Positions 1 through 10,004 of a stretch of 64,000 nucleotides of DNA are shown one piece after another. Source of the stretch: an uncultured Nitrospiraceae bacterium (GTDB lineage Bacteria; Nitrospirota; Nitrospiria; Nitrospirales; Nitrospiraceae); assembly GCA_963726635.1 (NCBI GenBank), contig CAVSCZ010000013.1, positions 24,677 to 88,676 of the forward strand, given 5' to 3'. Within the stretch, counting starts at the first letter, position 1; each line of letters opens with the position of its first letter. The notes under the pieces are model-generated. The model saw only the letters and a list, made by a program, of their open reading frames with translations. It did not search any database and was not told the DNA's origin. Position numbers and translations under genes: made by a program.

Positions 1-150
1 GAGGGGAAGCGCGACCACCGACTCGACAATGAACTTCCAGCGCCATTTTGAAAAAGTGAGCCAGTAGGCAATAGGCAGTCCGACGACCAGCAAGACACCG
101 GCCGTCAGACTGGCCAATTTGAATGTGACCCAGATCGCGGTCCAATTCAC
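1..150 (-). CDS. modB: molybdate ABC transporter permease ModB, N-terminal fragment (continues past the window start)
   Basis: The minus-strand frame opening at GTG 148-150 reads (M)NWTAIWVTFKLASLTAGVLLVVGLPIAYWLTFSKWRWKFIVESVVALPL to the window edge. This hydrophobic N-terminus is typical of ModB/CysTW-type permeases. The gene lies directly downstream of mop and modA on the same strand. Confidence 0.6.
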   Translation of the reverse strand, partial: MNWTAIWVTFKLASLTAGVLLVVGLPIAYWLTFSKWRWKFIVESVVALPL

Positions 151-234
151 AAGTCCCGCCTCTGTCCCATGATATCTCACTACCGACAACCGGCGCAATG
201 GTAGGAAGCCGCGATCCGGAAAGTCAACGCGACG

Positions 235-442
235 CTACTTGCCGATCATGACTTCCGTGGCTTTCACCGCGACCAGTACGGAGTCGTTGACCTTCAGACC
301 CATGCTCTTGACCGACCCTTCTGTAATCGCCGCCACAAATTCGAGCGTGCCGACTTTCACCGTCACCTCCGCCATAGCCTGTCCGGGCCTCAGTGATTTT
401 GGTGACCGTGCCTTGGAACTGATTCCGCGCGCTAAGTTTCAT
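235..442 (-). pseudogene. mop: Mop/TOBE-domain molybdenum-pterin-binding protein with one frame change
   Basis: ATG 440-442 gives MKLSARNQFQGTVTKITE, a classic Mop start. The homologous continuation GQAMAEVTVKVGTLEFVAAITEGSVKSMGLKVNDSVLVAVKATEVMIGK* is in the next frame (stop 235-237). Deleting one G from the GGG run at 385-387 restores a 68-aa Mop. Confidence 0.75.
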
Positions 443-508
443 GAGCCCTCCTTGGTAAGATGGCTGAATGATTTCAGCCATCGGTTTCGTACAACTTCAA
501 TCCAACCT

Positions 509-1090
509 CTACTTGTCTTGATCGAAGCCGATCATGAATCCTTCCGGACCGGCCACCTCCAGCCGTATCACCTGACGATCCCCTCGCATCACGTCCGGCT
601 TCAACCGAAAACGCACAATCTTCGCGCGATCCTCTTCGCTCAATTGATAGACGGAAGAGGCCCGATAGGCCTGTTCTAATTCGCCCTGCAACGCGACGAC
701 ATTCGATACCAAGAAATTAATCTGGACCCATCCGGTCGGACGAGGCGTCCGGAAGTCCTGTCGGACGACAATCAGCACACCTCGGTAACAATACCCGCGG
801 AGACTGTCGGCGCGAGGATGATCGACCCGTTCAACGACGGGAGCCGACAAGACGGATTCAAAGAACTGTTCGTAAAGCCTGATGTCGGACGTTTCGATCT
901 GGACGCTCTCAAAGGCATCAGACGGACCGGTGGGCGATCGGCAGTCGCGCCCCTGGAGACCAGCGCTCTTGCTCGCATCATCTCCGGTCTCGTGATGTCG
1001 GATCGATGGCTCATCATCCGCCCACACGACCGACACGGCGACCAGGATCACGATTGCGCTTATGAGTCGGACAGATACGTTCACAACCAT
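509..1090 (-). CDS. secreted hypothetical protein (possible VOC/glyoxalase-like fold)
   Basis: 193-aa ORF with an N-terminal hydrophobic leader (LISAIVILVAVSVVWA). It is tightly packed between the lipoprotein gene and mop. The fold guess is weak. Confidence 0.5.
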   Translation of the reverse strand: MVVNVSVRLISAIVILVAVSVVWADDEPSIRHHETGDDASKSAGLQGRDCRSPTGPSDAFESVQIETSDIRLYEQFFESVLSAPVVERVDHPRADSLRGYCYRGVLIVVRQDFRTPRPTGWVQINFLVSNVVALQGELEQAYRASSVYQLSEEDRAKIVRFRLKPDVMRGDRQVIRLEVAGPEGFMIGFDQDK

Positions 1091-1094
1091 CCCC

Positions 1095-1424
1095 TTACTT
1101 ACACCGGAACTGTATCCCCCAGCGACGTCCGGTCACTTCCCCTTCTTGACCTTCCGTACTGGACATACTGCCATAGCCTTGCACCTCTCCCTCTTTGAGG
1201 ACGGTGTAGCCGGACAGACACTTTTTCTCCATGACTTTGAGCGCCTCTCTCCGGTGAGGCGACCCCATCGGGCCGCCCCGGTCTTCTTTGAATAGATAGG
1301 TCACGACTCCTCCTGTCTCGGTTTCATGCGTGAGCAACACCGCCTCGGAGCAGCCGACGCTGGTCACGAGCACAGCCAACCCGATCACCTTCGTCCATTG
1401 CTTAACCGGGTAACGTAAATCCAT
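1095..1424 (-). CDS. small lipoprotein of unknown function
   Basis: 109-aa ORF with lipobox LVTSVGC. Its start overlaps the modA stop by 23 nt. Confidence 0.55.
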   Translation of the reverse strand: MDLRYPVKQWTKVIGLAVLVTSVGCSEAVLLTHETETGGVVTYLFKEDRGGPMGSPHRREALKVMEKKCLSGYTVLKEGEVQGYGSMSSTEGQEGEVTGRRWGIQFRCK

Positions 1425-2185
1425 AGCGCTTCATGATCTCCTGTCCTTGAGGGCCTTTGATGAATTCAAGAAACTGTCTCGCCGCTTCCTGGATTTTTGG
1501 ACTGCTTCAAGATCACGGCGCCCTGTTCCAGCGGTGGATGTGCAATCGCTGGGATCTCCCAGTATGTCCGGCTCGCGTTTGCATCGTCGGCGCAAGCGCC
1601 AGGGACAGCGCGATAATCCCGATGTCGCAGGCGCCGGATTCGATGAATTGCGCCGCTTGCGAGATATTCTCTCCTAAAATGAGCTTGTCTTTGACCTGGT
1701 CATAGACCTTGAAATGTTCCATCGCAGCAACTGCGGCACGTCCATAAGGAGCATGTTTGGGATTGGCGATGGCGATTTTCTTGATCGTCGGTTCACGCAG
1801 AGACCTCCAGCCCCTTGGAGAGATCGAGGTGCGAGCCATTACCGGCCCACAAGACAATCCGCCCGACGGCATAGGGATAGAGCGATCCCGGAACGGCGAG
1901 GCCGGCCTCTTCCAGCTTCCTGGGATAGCCGATGTCGGCTGAAAAGTAGAGATCGAACGGCGCGCCATTTTGAATTTGCGCATAGAAATTGCCCGAGGAT
2001 CCGAGCGTCAGCTTCACATGGTTGCCGGTCGACTTTTCATACTCAGTCACGATTTCTTTGAAGGCAAAATTCAGGTCCGATGCAGCGGCGATTGTAAGTT
2101 CCGCCCCCGCCGCTTCCGCCGAGGCGAAGCAGGCAAGCAAGAGTCCGACGGCTATCAACATCGAGATAACAGACCTCGCAATCAT
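1402..2185 (-). pseudogene. modA: molybdate ABC transporter substrate-binding protein ModA with three frame changes
   Basis: Signal peptide plus ELTIAAASDL...GSSGNFYAQIQNGAPFDLYFSAD (frame of ORF 1793-2185). It continues LREPTIKKIAIANPKHAPYGRAAVAAMEHF...IGIIALSLALAPTM (frame of ORF 1513-1983). It then reads ANASRTYWEIPAIAHPPLEQGAVILKQSKNP and EAARQFLEFIKGPQGQEIMKRYGFTLPG* in two further frames. Shifts lie near 1800, 1581 and 1495. Confidence 0.8.
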
Positions 2186-2260
2186 AACAGCTCCTCTTTA
2201 TTCGTTAGGTGAAAATCTTCCCCGAACTGTACCATGCGAGCCAAGTCCAGATACAAACTG

Positions 2261-4087
2261 TCAGAAGAAGATTTGAAATTGTAGGCGAATGGCGTTCTCG
2301 ATCAGAGTACCCGCATTCGCATCCAATGGCACACATCCTGATGGGAATGTGGCTGGGCATGGAACAGTACTTTGTGACCCTCCCGTACTCGGCAAGGGAT
2401 TGCTTCTCCCGATCGCGAAGCCACCTTGTCCCATGGCAACATTGGAATAGGTAAGCATGATCTGATAGTCATACGTACCGAACGGGTACCAGTTGAGGGA
2501 GACATCTGTTTCCTTGATCAAATCGCCTCCTGAATTTGTATCCGGATCCCACCAGGCATAGCGAGCGGCGACTTCGACCTTGCGGGGAATCAAGTAGTAG
2601 CCGGATTGGACATACCATCCGGTCGAGTTGCCGAGCTGTCCCGGGGCAAACGCGGTGCAAGGGCCGCCCACGCCCGCCGTCTGTAGACAGGGGAGGCCCT
2701 TGTTCTGCCGGGTGATGTTTCTGAACCAATATTCGGCTTGCAAGGAGAAGCCACGATACTTGAAGGCATAATCCAACGCCCACGTTGAAAAGTCGACGAT
2801 ACCCTGTCCCAGGATGCGTCCGTTTCCATAGACAGCAAGGGCGCGTCGAACGGTCAGGTTCGCCAGATCAAGCCCCACAAACGCGTTATCGGTACTGGTA
2901 TTGATCGCCGGATTATAGGCATACCCGCCCCCAACAACCATCTGGGGAGTCTCCGAATAGGCAATATCTCCCTCCCCATAGCCCGCCCGACCCATGATAT
3001 TTGCCTGTAGTCTGGCCACATACATGAGCTGATTGACATTGCCTCGGAAGTTGGCGTTCAGGTTCCGCTGATTTGCGGGACAGTTCGTCGTTGTAGGAAA
3101 CGGCTGGCCTGACGTCTGCCCGCCCGAGCACCCGACAGTCGGCTCTTCGCTCGAAAATTGAGCGAAACGGTTCACGAGGGGGCCCACTCCGTTGAACACG
3201 CCAAAGTAATAATTGATGGGATAGATCTCTTCGTCGTTCATGATGGTGATTCCGACATCGCGACGGTTGATGCCATTCGCCGTGAAGGCGTCCATCACGA
3301 GAGCGCGACCTGCAAACTGCATCGCAGCTGTGGAATTGATCTGCGACCGGTCAAAGTACACTTTAAACTGCCCCAATTGGACGTTTAACCAGTTGATATG
3401 GCTGCTCATGACATAGGCGTCAAGCAAGACTACGGCACCTGGCGCTTGCGCGTTTTCTGCGCTCTCACCCGCAATTTGAAAGTTGTATCTGAGATCCGGG
3501 TTAAAGAGGTGTCCCATGAAATAGAGCCGGGCGGTCCTCAGATTAAAGGATGAAGCTTCATCGATAGAGCGGTTCGCCCGGTAATCGCCGAAGACACCGA
3601 GCAGTTCAGGATAATTCTTGGAATCCCCAGATTCCCGATAGGCGTCATTCCGGTAGCGCTGCGTAAATCGGATTTGCATGCGTCCGCGAATTTTCAACAA
3701 GAAGGCATTGTCATTCATGGAAAAGTTAAAGCCCCGGTCGTACCAGGCCTTAAAGCTCGGCTGGAGCAGGTAGGCCCGCTCTTGCGACTCTCTGACGACC
3801 GCATCGTATTCTTCCTGTGTGATGGTGCCTTGTTTGACAGCACGCTCCAGGAGCAGTTTGGTCGCAGGATCCATGCTTTCTACAAACACATACTTGCCGT
3901 CCTTCTCAATCAACTTTCCGGCCTCAGCCGCAAGGCTGACCGACTGACCGAACCAGCTCCAGCAGAATATTAACAAAGCCACGCTGACAACTCTGCTCTC
4001 CCGCAGTATCAAGATATGAATGAAAGACGATAGCCATATACAGATGCCTTGTCTCCACATGCCTCCGCTCTTCATGTTCTCCCTCAT
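2261..4087 (-). CDS. outer-membrane porin, phosphate-selective porin O/P-like (copy 1)
   Basis: 608-aa ORF with a leader followed by AAEAGKLIEKDGKYVF...GTITQEEYD. The body is rich in Y/G/N/F with a beta-strand-like alternation and ends ...IENAIRLQFQIFF (terminal Phe of OM barrels). It is paralogous to 7524-9141. The exact start is uncertain. Confidence 0.75.
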   Translation of the reverse strand: MRENMKSGGMWRQGICIWLSSFIHILILRESRVVSVALLIFCWSWFGQSVSLAAEAGKLIEKDGKYVFVESMDPATKLLLERAVKQGTITQEEYDAVVRESQERAYLLQPSFKAWYDRGFNFSMNDNAFLLKIRGRMQIRFTQRYRNDAYRESGDSKNYPELLGVFGDYRANRSIDEASSFNLRTARLYFMGHLFNPDLRYNFQIAGESAENAQAPGAVVLLDAYVMSSHINWLNVQLGQFKVYFDRSQINSTAAMQFAGRALVMDAFTANGINRRDVGITIMNDEEIYPINYYFGVFNGVGPLVNRFAQFSSEEPTVGCSGGQTSGQPFPTTTNCPANQRNLNANFRGNVNQLMYVARLQANIMGRAGYGEGDIAYSETPQMVVGGGYAYNPAINTSTDNAFVGLDLANLTVRRALAVYGNGRILGQGIVDFSTWALDYAFKYRGFSLQAEYWFRNITRQNKGLPCLQTAGVGGPCTAFAPGQLGNSTGWYVQSGYYLIPRKVEVAARYAWWDPDTNSGGDLIKETDVSLNWYPFGTYDYQIMLTYSNVAMGQGGFAIGRSNPLPSTGGSQSTVPCPATFPSGCVPLDANAGTLIENAIRLQFQIFF

Positions 4088-4141
4088 TCAGAATTAGATA
4101 TGGCTGAACATCCTTGGACCGTCGCTGCTCGGAAAACCTGA

Positions 4142-4789
4142 CTAGGGCGACGGAATTGTTTTCAGAAACTCCCGAAAGTCCAGCCCTCGCCGGTCGGTCT
4201 TCGGGTCGGTCACATAAAATCGACCAGGCTCGAAGTACAGGAGGTACGTTTGCTCAGGAGTCCAGGGGGTCGGATAGTTGTAGTCGTACACGTCGTAAGT
4301 CCGCACAGGCTGCTGAACATGAAAGTAATCGATGGTCAGATGGAGCAGTTGATCCTGCACGGCGACCCAGCCGCCGATGACATCGCGTCGGTATTTGGGA
4401 TCGATACCGGGGGCAAATAGATCGAAGTAGACCCGCTCTTCGGGCCCAGCTTTTTGCAGCGCATCGGCAAGCTGCGGGGCCAGTACCTGTAATTCGTCTT
4501 CGCGGAAGATCTTATTCGGAGGAGCTTCTTCGGCAAACCAGCGGAGCGGCAGGCGCTGTTGCTCGCGCAGAGAAAAGCCGCGGAGGATGGCCACCACCTG
4601 CTGCGGAGTAATCTGGACCGGATGCGCATATCCTGCCGGCGTGATTTCCCGTTGCAGCATGACGGCCACGCGTCGATCCTCATGCACCACCGTCGTCGTG
4701 TAGGGCATCCGCGCACAACCAAGACCAATCAAAACGAGAACGGCGACCGACATGGCTGCCGACTGTCTCCAAACGTTCACCTGCGACAT
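4142..4789 (-). CDS. lipoprotein of unrecognised family (copy 1 of 3 in the window)
   Basis: Start set at ATG 4787-4789, preceded by GGAGG. Lipobox LIGLGC. It shares ITPQQVVAILRGF, FREDELQVLAPQLADALQKAGPEERVYFDL and LLHLTIDY blocks with 10001-10737 and 50594-51328. Confidence 0.7.
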   Translation of the reverse strand: MSQVNVWRQSAAMSVAVLVLIGLGCARMPYTTTVVHEDRRVAVMLQREITPAGYAHPVQITPQQVVAILRGFSLREQQRLPLRWFAEEAPPNKIFREDELQVLAPQLADALQKAGPEERVYFDLFAPGIDPKYRRDVIGGWVAVQDQLLHLTIDYFHVQQPVRTYDVYDYNYPTPWTPEQTYLLYFEPGRFYVTDPKTDRRGLDFREFLKTIPSP

Positions 4790-4878
4790 GACGAACCTCC
4801 TACCTGCTTGTAACTCCACAATACATATACTTATGACTGGTATACTTGACACATTGGCCAAAAAAATATTTCGCCTCG

Positions 4879-5712
4879 TTACTTGCGTTGCCCGGGCAGT
4901 CCATAACCCAATCCCTTCAGGATGCTTCGGGCTTCTGGAGACTGGGAAAACGCGAGGAATTCTTCGCACAGCGGGCGATCGGGACAGTACCGTTCCATCG
5001 CCAGAGAATGGACGATCGGACGGATAGCCTGCTCCGGTGCGACAGCTACGACACGAACTCGCTCCCGTTTGTCATAGGCGTCCGGACCGAAGATAATGCC
5101 GACATCTGCCTGTCCGTTGAGCAGGTGATCCAATACACCGCGAGCATCCGTCGCCACATCCAACCGTCCTTTCATGGCCTCTGCGATTCCCAAGGCCTTC
5201 AAGAGTTCGTTGGTCTTTTGCCCGACCACGGTCAGCATCGGATCTGCGACGGCCACTCGTATCCGAGTATCCCGGGCAAGCGCTTCAAACGACGCCGGCG
5301 CATCGACGAGGGATTCAGGCACGACCAGCACCAATGAGACGGTGGCATAGGGCCGGCGCGTCTGTGGCAGCACATAATATTTCTGTTCCAAGCGAGTGAT
5401 CAGCTCATCGCCGCCCGGTGCAATAATGTGAATGGGGCCGGAGCCAATGAAGTATTGTCCCGTGGGATTATTCTCCATCGCGGCGATCGTGCGACGCAGA
5501 TCCAGACCGGAATCGAAATAGAGTCGTACCTTCACATGCTGGTGGGACGCCTCAAACGCTCGACTCAAGGCTTCGAGTGGAGTGGCCAGACTGGGCGAGG
5601 CCGCGATCACGAGCGGCTCGCTCGCTGCGGCGGAACCGTTTCCTCCGGCGACCAGAACGGTGACGATCAGCGCGGTCATTCTCACGAAATTCTGCATGGG
5701 TGTCCTGAGCAT
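4879..5712 (-). CDS. periplasmic substrate-binding protein, divergent ModA-like (PBP type 2)
   Basis: 277-aa ORF with a signal peptide (MTALIVTVLVAGG...AAAS). The pattern VKVRLYFDSG, RIRVAVADP, ADVGIIFGPDA resembles molybdate/tungstate-type binders. Confidence 0.7.
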   Translation of the reverse strand: MLRTPMQNFVRMTALIVTVLVAGGNGSAAASEPLVIAASPSLATPLEALSRAFEASHQHVKVRLYFDSGLDLRRTIAAMENNPTGQYFIGSGPIHIIAPGGDELITRLEQKYYVLPQTRRPYATVSLVLVVPESLVDAPASFEALARDTRIRVAVADPMLTVVGQKTNELLKALGIAEAMKGRLDVATDARGVLDHLLNGQADVGIIFGPDAYDKRERVRVVAVAPEQAIRPIVHSLAMERYCPDRPLCEEFLAFSQSPEARSILKGLGYGLPGQRK

Positions 5713-5737
5713 CGGACCTCCGTCGCTCCCGGCTCAT

Positions 5738-6922
5738 CTACAATGTTTGCAGCTTGCCGGTGTCGCTCGTGTCATAGCCGCCGAGCGCCTCGACCTCAGA
5801 TCTGAACTGGCGGCTGACGATGGTATCCATGAAGGGAGCCAGGCTGGGATGGTCAGTCAGATACGCAGTCGGAACAACCAAATCGTACCGGGCTTCCTGT
5901 AGCGGGAGAAAATCGAGCCCGAGGAGCCGTGCAACTGACCGGACGCCGACCCCCACATCGGCTTGGCCGGTCGCGACGAATCTCGCGACCTCCAGATGGG
6001 AACCAACCATTCGCTCGTACCCACTGAGTTGGTGCGCCGAGATGCCGGCTTCGCTGAGCTTCTGATCGAGCAAGCTCCGCGCCCCTGCTCCCTGTTCCCG
6101 ATTCACCAGGACAATCCCCTTCCGCGCCAGATCCGCTACCGAGCGGATGTGTTTGGGGTTACCTGGTTGCACCATCAAGCCTTCTTCCCAGCTCGCGAAC
6201 GTGACGACCGTGAACCCGCTCCCCGCGAGATGTTTCCTGAGATAGGGCAGATTGGATTCCCCTGATTTCGGATCCACAACGTGCAATCCAGCGATGTGAA
6301 CCTCACCTCGCTTCAACGCCTCGATCGCCGCCGCACTGCCTAAGGTCCATCCTACGACAGCGGATGTATCACGCCGCCGCCGCAGATATTCGCCGGCCAA
6401 AAAAATGGCCGGATCACAGCCGGCGACTGCGATTTCCTGTTCAATCACCCGTCGATCTCTCAAGAGCTGCACGCGAACCCGAGCCGGCAACTTCCCCGTT
6501 CGTCCCGATCCACTCACGAGCCCCAGGATCAATCCATCAGCCGGTACGGTGTAATTCAATACATCGCCTAGGCCGGCAACCGGACGAACGATAATGCGCC
6601 CCCCTACTTTGACCACTTTCACGCGGACTCTTGACCAATCAGTTCTGCTCTCGGACTGTTCAGTGAGAAGATCCCCCTCAATCACGTCACCACGTGTCAC
6701 GAGGCTGAACAAATCTTCGACAGAACAATCGAGCGCTCCGGCAAGGCGAAGCGCGACCGCGGTTGTGGGGAGATATTGATTGGCTTCGATCGCACAGACC
6801 GCCTGCCTGGTGATGCCGGCCATATCGGCCAGCGAACTTTGAGAAAGGCTCTTCGCCAACCTCAGACTACGGAGGCGGTTTTCTATATTGCTGGCGGGCT
6901 CGGCTCGACTATTCTGACTCAT
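5738..6922 (-). CDS. XRE-type HTH regulator fused to a periplasmic-binding-protein-like domain (COG1910-type putative molybdate-responsive regulator)
   Basis: HTH segment LRSLRLAKSLSQSSLADMAGITRQAVCAIEANQYLPTTAVALRLAGAL is followed by a ~300-aa PBP-like domain (AVAGCDPAIFLA, GEVHIAGLHV, ADVGVGVRSVA). It is the first gene of the minus-strand operon. An alternative start is at 6946. Confidence 0.75.
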   Translation of the reverse strand: MSQNSRAEPASNIENRLRSLRLAKSLSQSSLADMAGITRQAVCAIEANQYLPTTAVALRLAGALDCSVEDLFSLVTRGDVIEGDLLTEQSESRTDWSRVRVKVVKVGGRIIVRPVAGLGDVLNYTVPADGLILGLVSGSGRTGKLPARVRVQLLRDRRVIEQEIAVAGCDPAIFLAGEYLRRRRDTSAVVGWTLGSAAAIEALKRGEVHIAGLHVVDPKSGESNLPYLRKHLAGSGFTVVTFASWEEGLMVQPGNPKHIRSVADLARKGIVLVNREQGAGARSLLDQKLSEAGISAHQLSGYERMVGSHLEVARFVATGQADVGVGVRSVARLLGLDFLPLQEARYDLVVPTAYLTDHPSLAPFMDTIVSRQFRSEVEALGGYDTSDTGKLQTL

Positions 6923-7094
6923 GATGGCTCGATAAATAGCAAGCATACTTTACAGGTGTCAAGCAAAAAAGTAGCTGCGCCATTGCTCAGAGGATCAGAT
7001 TGTTTTGCGATCAGATATTGAATAACGCATACTCGAATCGTATAGCATTGAAAACAAATGTAAATTATTGATAATTCTCTGTTTTAAGAATTTG

Positions 7095-7124
7095 TTGACA
7101 AACTGTGTCAATTTAGTTTATTAA
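7095..7124 (+). promoter_or_regulatory. candidate sigma-70 promoter with overlapping inverted repeat (TTGACA-N5-TGTCAA)
   Basis: TTGACA at 7095-7100, an 18-nt spacer, then TATTAA at 7119-7124. The -35 hexamer is the left arm of the perfect inverted repeat TTGACAAACTGTGTCAA (7095-7111). It lies in the AT-rich divergent intergenic region, 66 nt upstream of the yezD-like start. Confidence 0.35.
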
Positions 7125-7189
7125 ATTAATCACGATACTTGATCGGATATATGTACATTGATTGGCTTGACGAAAAGGAACCTCTGAAC

Positions 7190-7414
7190 ATGAGCACCCA
7201 ACAGCGAGCGATTCAGAGCCAACAGCACAACCAGGACATCGCGCACGAGATTCTGCTCGCCATCAAGGACCTGCGCTTCGGATCGATGGAAGTCGTCATT
7301 CACGACTCAAAAGTGGTCCAGATCGAACGCAAGGAAAAGATCCGCTTCGATACCCTCAGTCACAACCACCACAGTGAGGGATCTATGACGATCCAGCGTT
7401 GTTGTCGCAGCTAA
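7190..7414 (+). CDS. YezD-family small protein (DUF2292)
   Basis: MSTQQRAIQ...LRFGSMEVVIHDSKVVQIERKEKIRF matches the DUF2292 signature (G-S-v-E-i-v-I-H-D-g-k-V-v-q-I-E-r-k-E-K-i-R). An AAGGAA RBS precedes ATG 7190. Confidence 0.75.
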   Translation: MSTQQRAIQSQQHNQDIAHEILLAIKDLRFGSMEVVIHDSKVVQIERKEKIRFDTLSHNHHSEGSMTIQRCCRS

Positions 7415-7523
7415 CAGTCGTCGCCGTCCAGACCGCTGGATGCCTGTGCCTTCCCGTTCCAACACATCAATCTCAGGACTGACCGAATCACCGGAAGTTC
7501 CGACAATACGAAGGGGAAACGAC

Positions 7524-9141
7524 ATGAGATTGTCCGGTTTGTTTGTTCGCACCATTCTGGGTGTCGCCTTGCTGGCCAGCGCGTCACCCGCACTGGCCGT
7601 CGAGGAAGGCCAACTGGTGAAGAAAGAAGGCAAGTGGGAGTACTATTCCGGCGAAGACCCGGGCTTGAAGTATCTCTTACCTGAAAGGAATGATCACCCA
7701 AGAGGAGTACGACAAAGGCCTCAAGGTGATCGAGACGAAAGAACGAGTCTCCAAGCCGAACTTCAATATCGACGTCAACAACGGCTTGAATATCCGCGTC
7801 GGAGAAAAGTTTTTCCTGAAACTCCGGCTGCTCACCCAGGTGCGTTACACCTACAGCACCTACAATTCCGCCTGGGGCACCATCGGAGACTCAAGAAATC
7901 CTGAGATCTTGGGAGGCCAGGTAGAATTTCGAGCCGTCAAACACCAGAGCGACTCAAGTCAATTCACCGTTCCCCGCGCGCGCCTCCAATTCATGGGGTA
8001 TGCCTTCGACCCGGACTTCCGCTACAACTTCTCCTGGCAAATGGATCAAACATCCTGGAATCAGGAGGGAGGCAGCGGAACAGCCAAACTCGTCGACGCA
8101 TACATCGCCTCCTGGCATATCCCGCTGGCAACGGTCCAGGTCGGTCAACAGCGGGTCTGGTTCAATCGTGCCCTCATTAGCTCGATTGCCACCTCAACCT
8201 TCTCGGACAATATGATCGTTCAGAACGCGTTTGCCGCCAACCTGGTCAGCAGTCGTGACATCGGGATCGCCATCCTGAGTGATGAGGATCAATACAAATT
8301 CAACTATGCCATCGGCATCTGGAACGGAACCGGGACCAACCTCACCCGAGAAGGCACCTCCGTCAGCCAGTCACTCCCCAACAACACCAGCATTCCCGCC
8401 GCCCAACGGCGAACGTACAACTATGACACCCGCTTCGGAACCAGCGAAATGATGTACACGGCTCGCCTGCTCTATAAAATCTCAGGCAATCCAGGATATG
8501 GGCAGGGAGACATCCTGAACTCACGCGTCCCCCAAGTGGCAATTGGAGCCGGGTATGCGTACGATCCGGCTCAAAACTACCTCAGCTCGATCAGGTCAGA
8601 TATTGTGGATCGTGCTTATCGTCAGAGCGTGACGAAGGCAGGCAACGGAAGGCTTCTGGGCGGAGGGATCTACGATTTCCAAACTACCGAAGTGGACTTG
8701 ATCGCGAAGTACCAGGGATGGTCCCTCCAAGCAGAAGGGTATTACCGGTTTCAGAACGTGCGAAACAGTGATTCGGGAACCATTCCGTTTGACCCTACTA
8801 CCGCTGTGCCCTTAGGACCGCCGGTGGAGCTTGGCGACGCCTATGGCTGGTACGCGCAGGTCGGGAAATACATCATTCCCCGAAAACTCGAACTCGCTGT
8901 CCGCTATGGGTTTATGGATCCTTCGACCAAGCAGACACATGATCTGACCAAGGAGTTCGGCGCCGCCATCAACTACAGCTTCGACGGCACCTACAACAAC
9001 CGGCTCGTCGTCGATTATTCCAATATCCACATGGGAAGCGGCGGGCGCGCACCGGACAGATTTCCATGGGAGAGCCTGCCAGGATTTGGCAGCGATCTCA
9101 TCGAGAACCGGATCAATGTGCAGTATCAGTTCTATTTCTAG
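7524..9141 (+). pseudogene. outer-membrane porin, porin O/P-like (copy 2) with one frame change
   Basis: ATG 7524 gives the signal peptide MRLSGLFVRTILGVALLASASPALA and EEGQLVKKEGKWEYYSGEDPGLKYLLPE. The continuation GMITQEEYDKGLKVIE...ENRINVQYQFYF* is in the +1 frame (ORF 7690-9141). Removing one A from the AAA run at 7684-7686 joins them. Confidence 0.8.
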
Positions 9142-9177
9142 GACGACACGAATTATTTAACCGTCAGGAGAACAATC

Positions 9178-10004
9178 ATGAAACACCCTCGCCAATGGCT
9201 AGGAATTTTGCTCTTTTTCAGTCTGCGTGACAGCACCGCTCGGGATCGCACCGCCCGTGCAGGCGCAACCGGAAACACTCACCGTCGCAGCGGCCAACAG
9301 CCTCAAGGATGCGCTCCGGAAAGTCTTGCCGCTCTTCGAGGCGCAGCACCGTGAGATCAACGTGCGGGTCATCTACGGACCCTCTCAAACACTCCGCAAT
9401 CAGATTGAACAGGGCGCGCCGGTGGATATCTTCCTGCCGTCGCTGTTCGAGGAAATTGAACAGCTGGAAAAGAAAGGGCTCGTGATACAAGGCACCAAGC
9501 GCGTCTATGCCGGCACGTCGCTGGTCTTGATCACCAGCACCACGCTCCCCGCCCCCATTGCCTCCATCCAAGATCTGCGGACAGTCCCGGTCCGACGGAT
9601 TGCCGTCGGCGACCCCAAGTCTTCGTCGGTGGGGAAAGTGGCGGCGCAGTTTCTCAAATACAACAAGCTCGACTCCCAACTGAAGTCTCAATTACGTCTT
9701 CGGGGAGCATTCCCGTGCCGTGCTCGATCTGGTCGCCAATGGCGAAGCTGAGGTCGGCGTCGTGTATCGAACCGATGCCTTGTCGAATGCAAAGGTCCGT
9801 ATTCTTGATACAGCCCCAGCCGACTCCCATACTCCCGTCCGCTACGGGGTCGCCGCAGTATGGACTTCAAAAAACATTTCGGGTGCCGGTGACTTCATCG
9901 AGTTCTTGTTGACGCCCGAGACCCAAATCCTCTTGCAGAAATATGGATTCGATCGCGTGCCATCCGAAGTCGGTTCTGCCCAACAGCAGGAGGTCAAACC
10001 ATGA
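9178..10004 (+). pseudogene. ModA-family periplasmic substrate-binding protein (copy 2) with two frame changes
   Basis: ATG 9178 (RBS CAGGAG) gives MKHPRQWLGILLF. Removing one T from the T5 run at 9214-9218 yields SVCVTAPLGIAPPVQAQPETLTVAAANSLKDAL...YGPSQTLRNQIEQGAPVDIFLPS (ModA motif). A second shift near 9690-9720 leads to HSRAVLDLVANGEAEVGVVYRTDA...LLQKYGFDRV. Confidence 0.8.

Noticed and set aside
2186-2260. Possible Moco riboswitch upstream of modA or the binder genes.
   Set aside because: The spacers are only 25-110 nt and lack the conserved Moco-motif core. The genes appear co-transcribed from the regulator end.
4790-4969. The 60-aa N-terminal extension of the 275-aa ORF 4142-4969.
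   Set aside because: It overlaps the upstream binder gene by 91 nt. The internal ATG 4789 has a GGAGG RBS and starts a proper lipoprotein leader.
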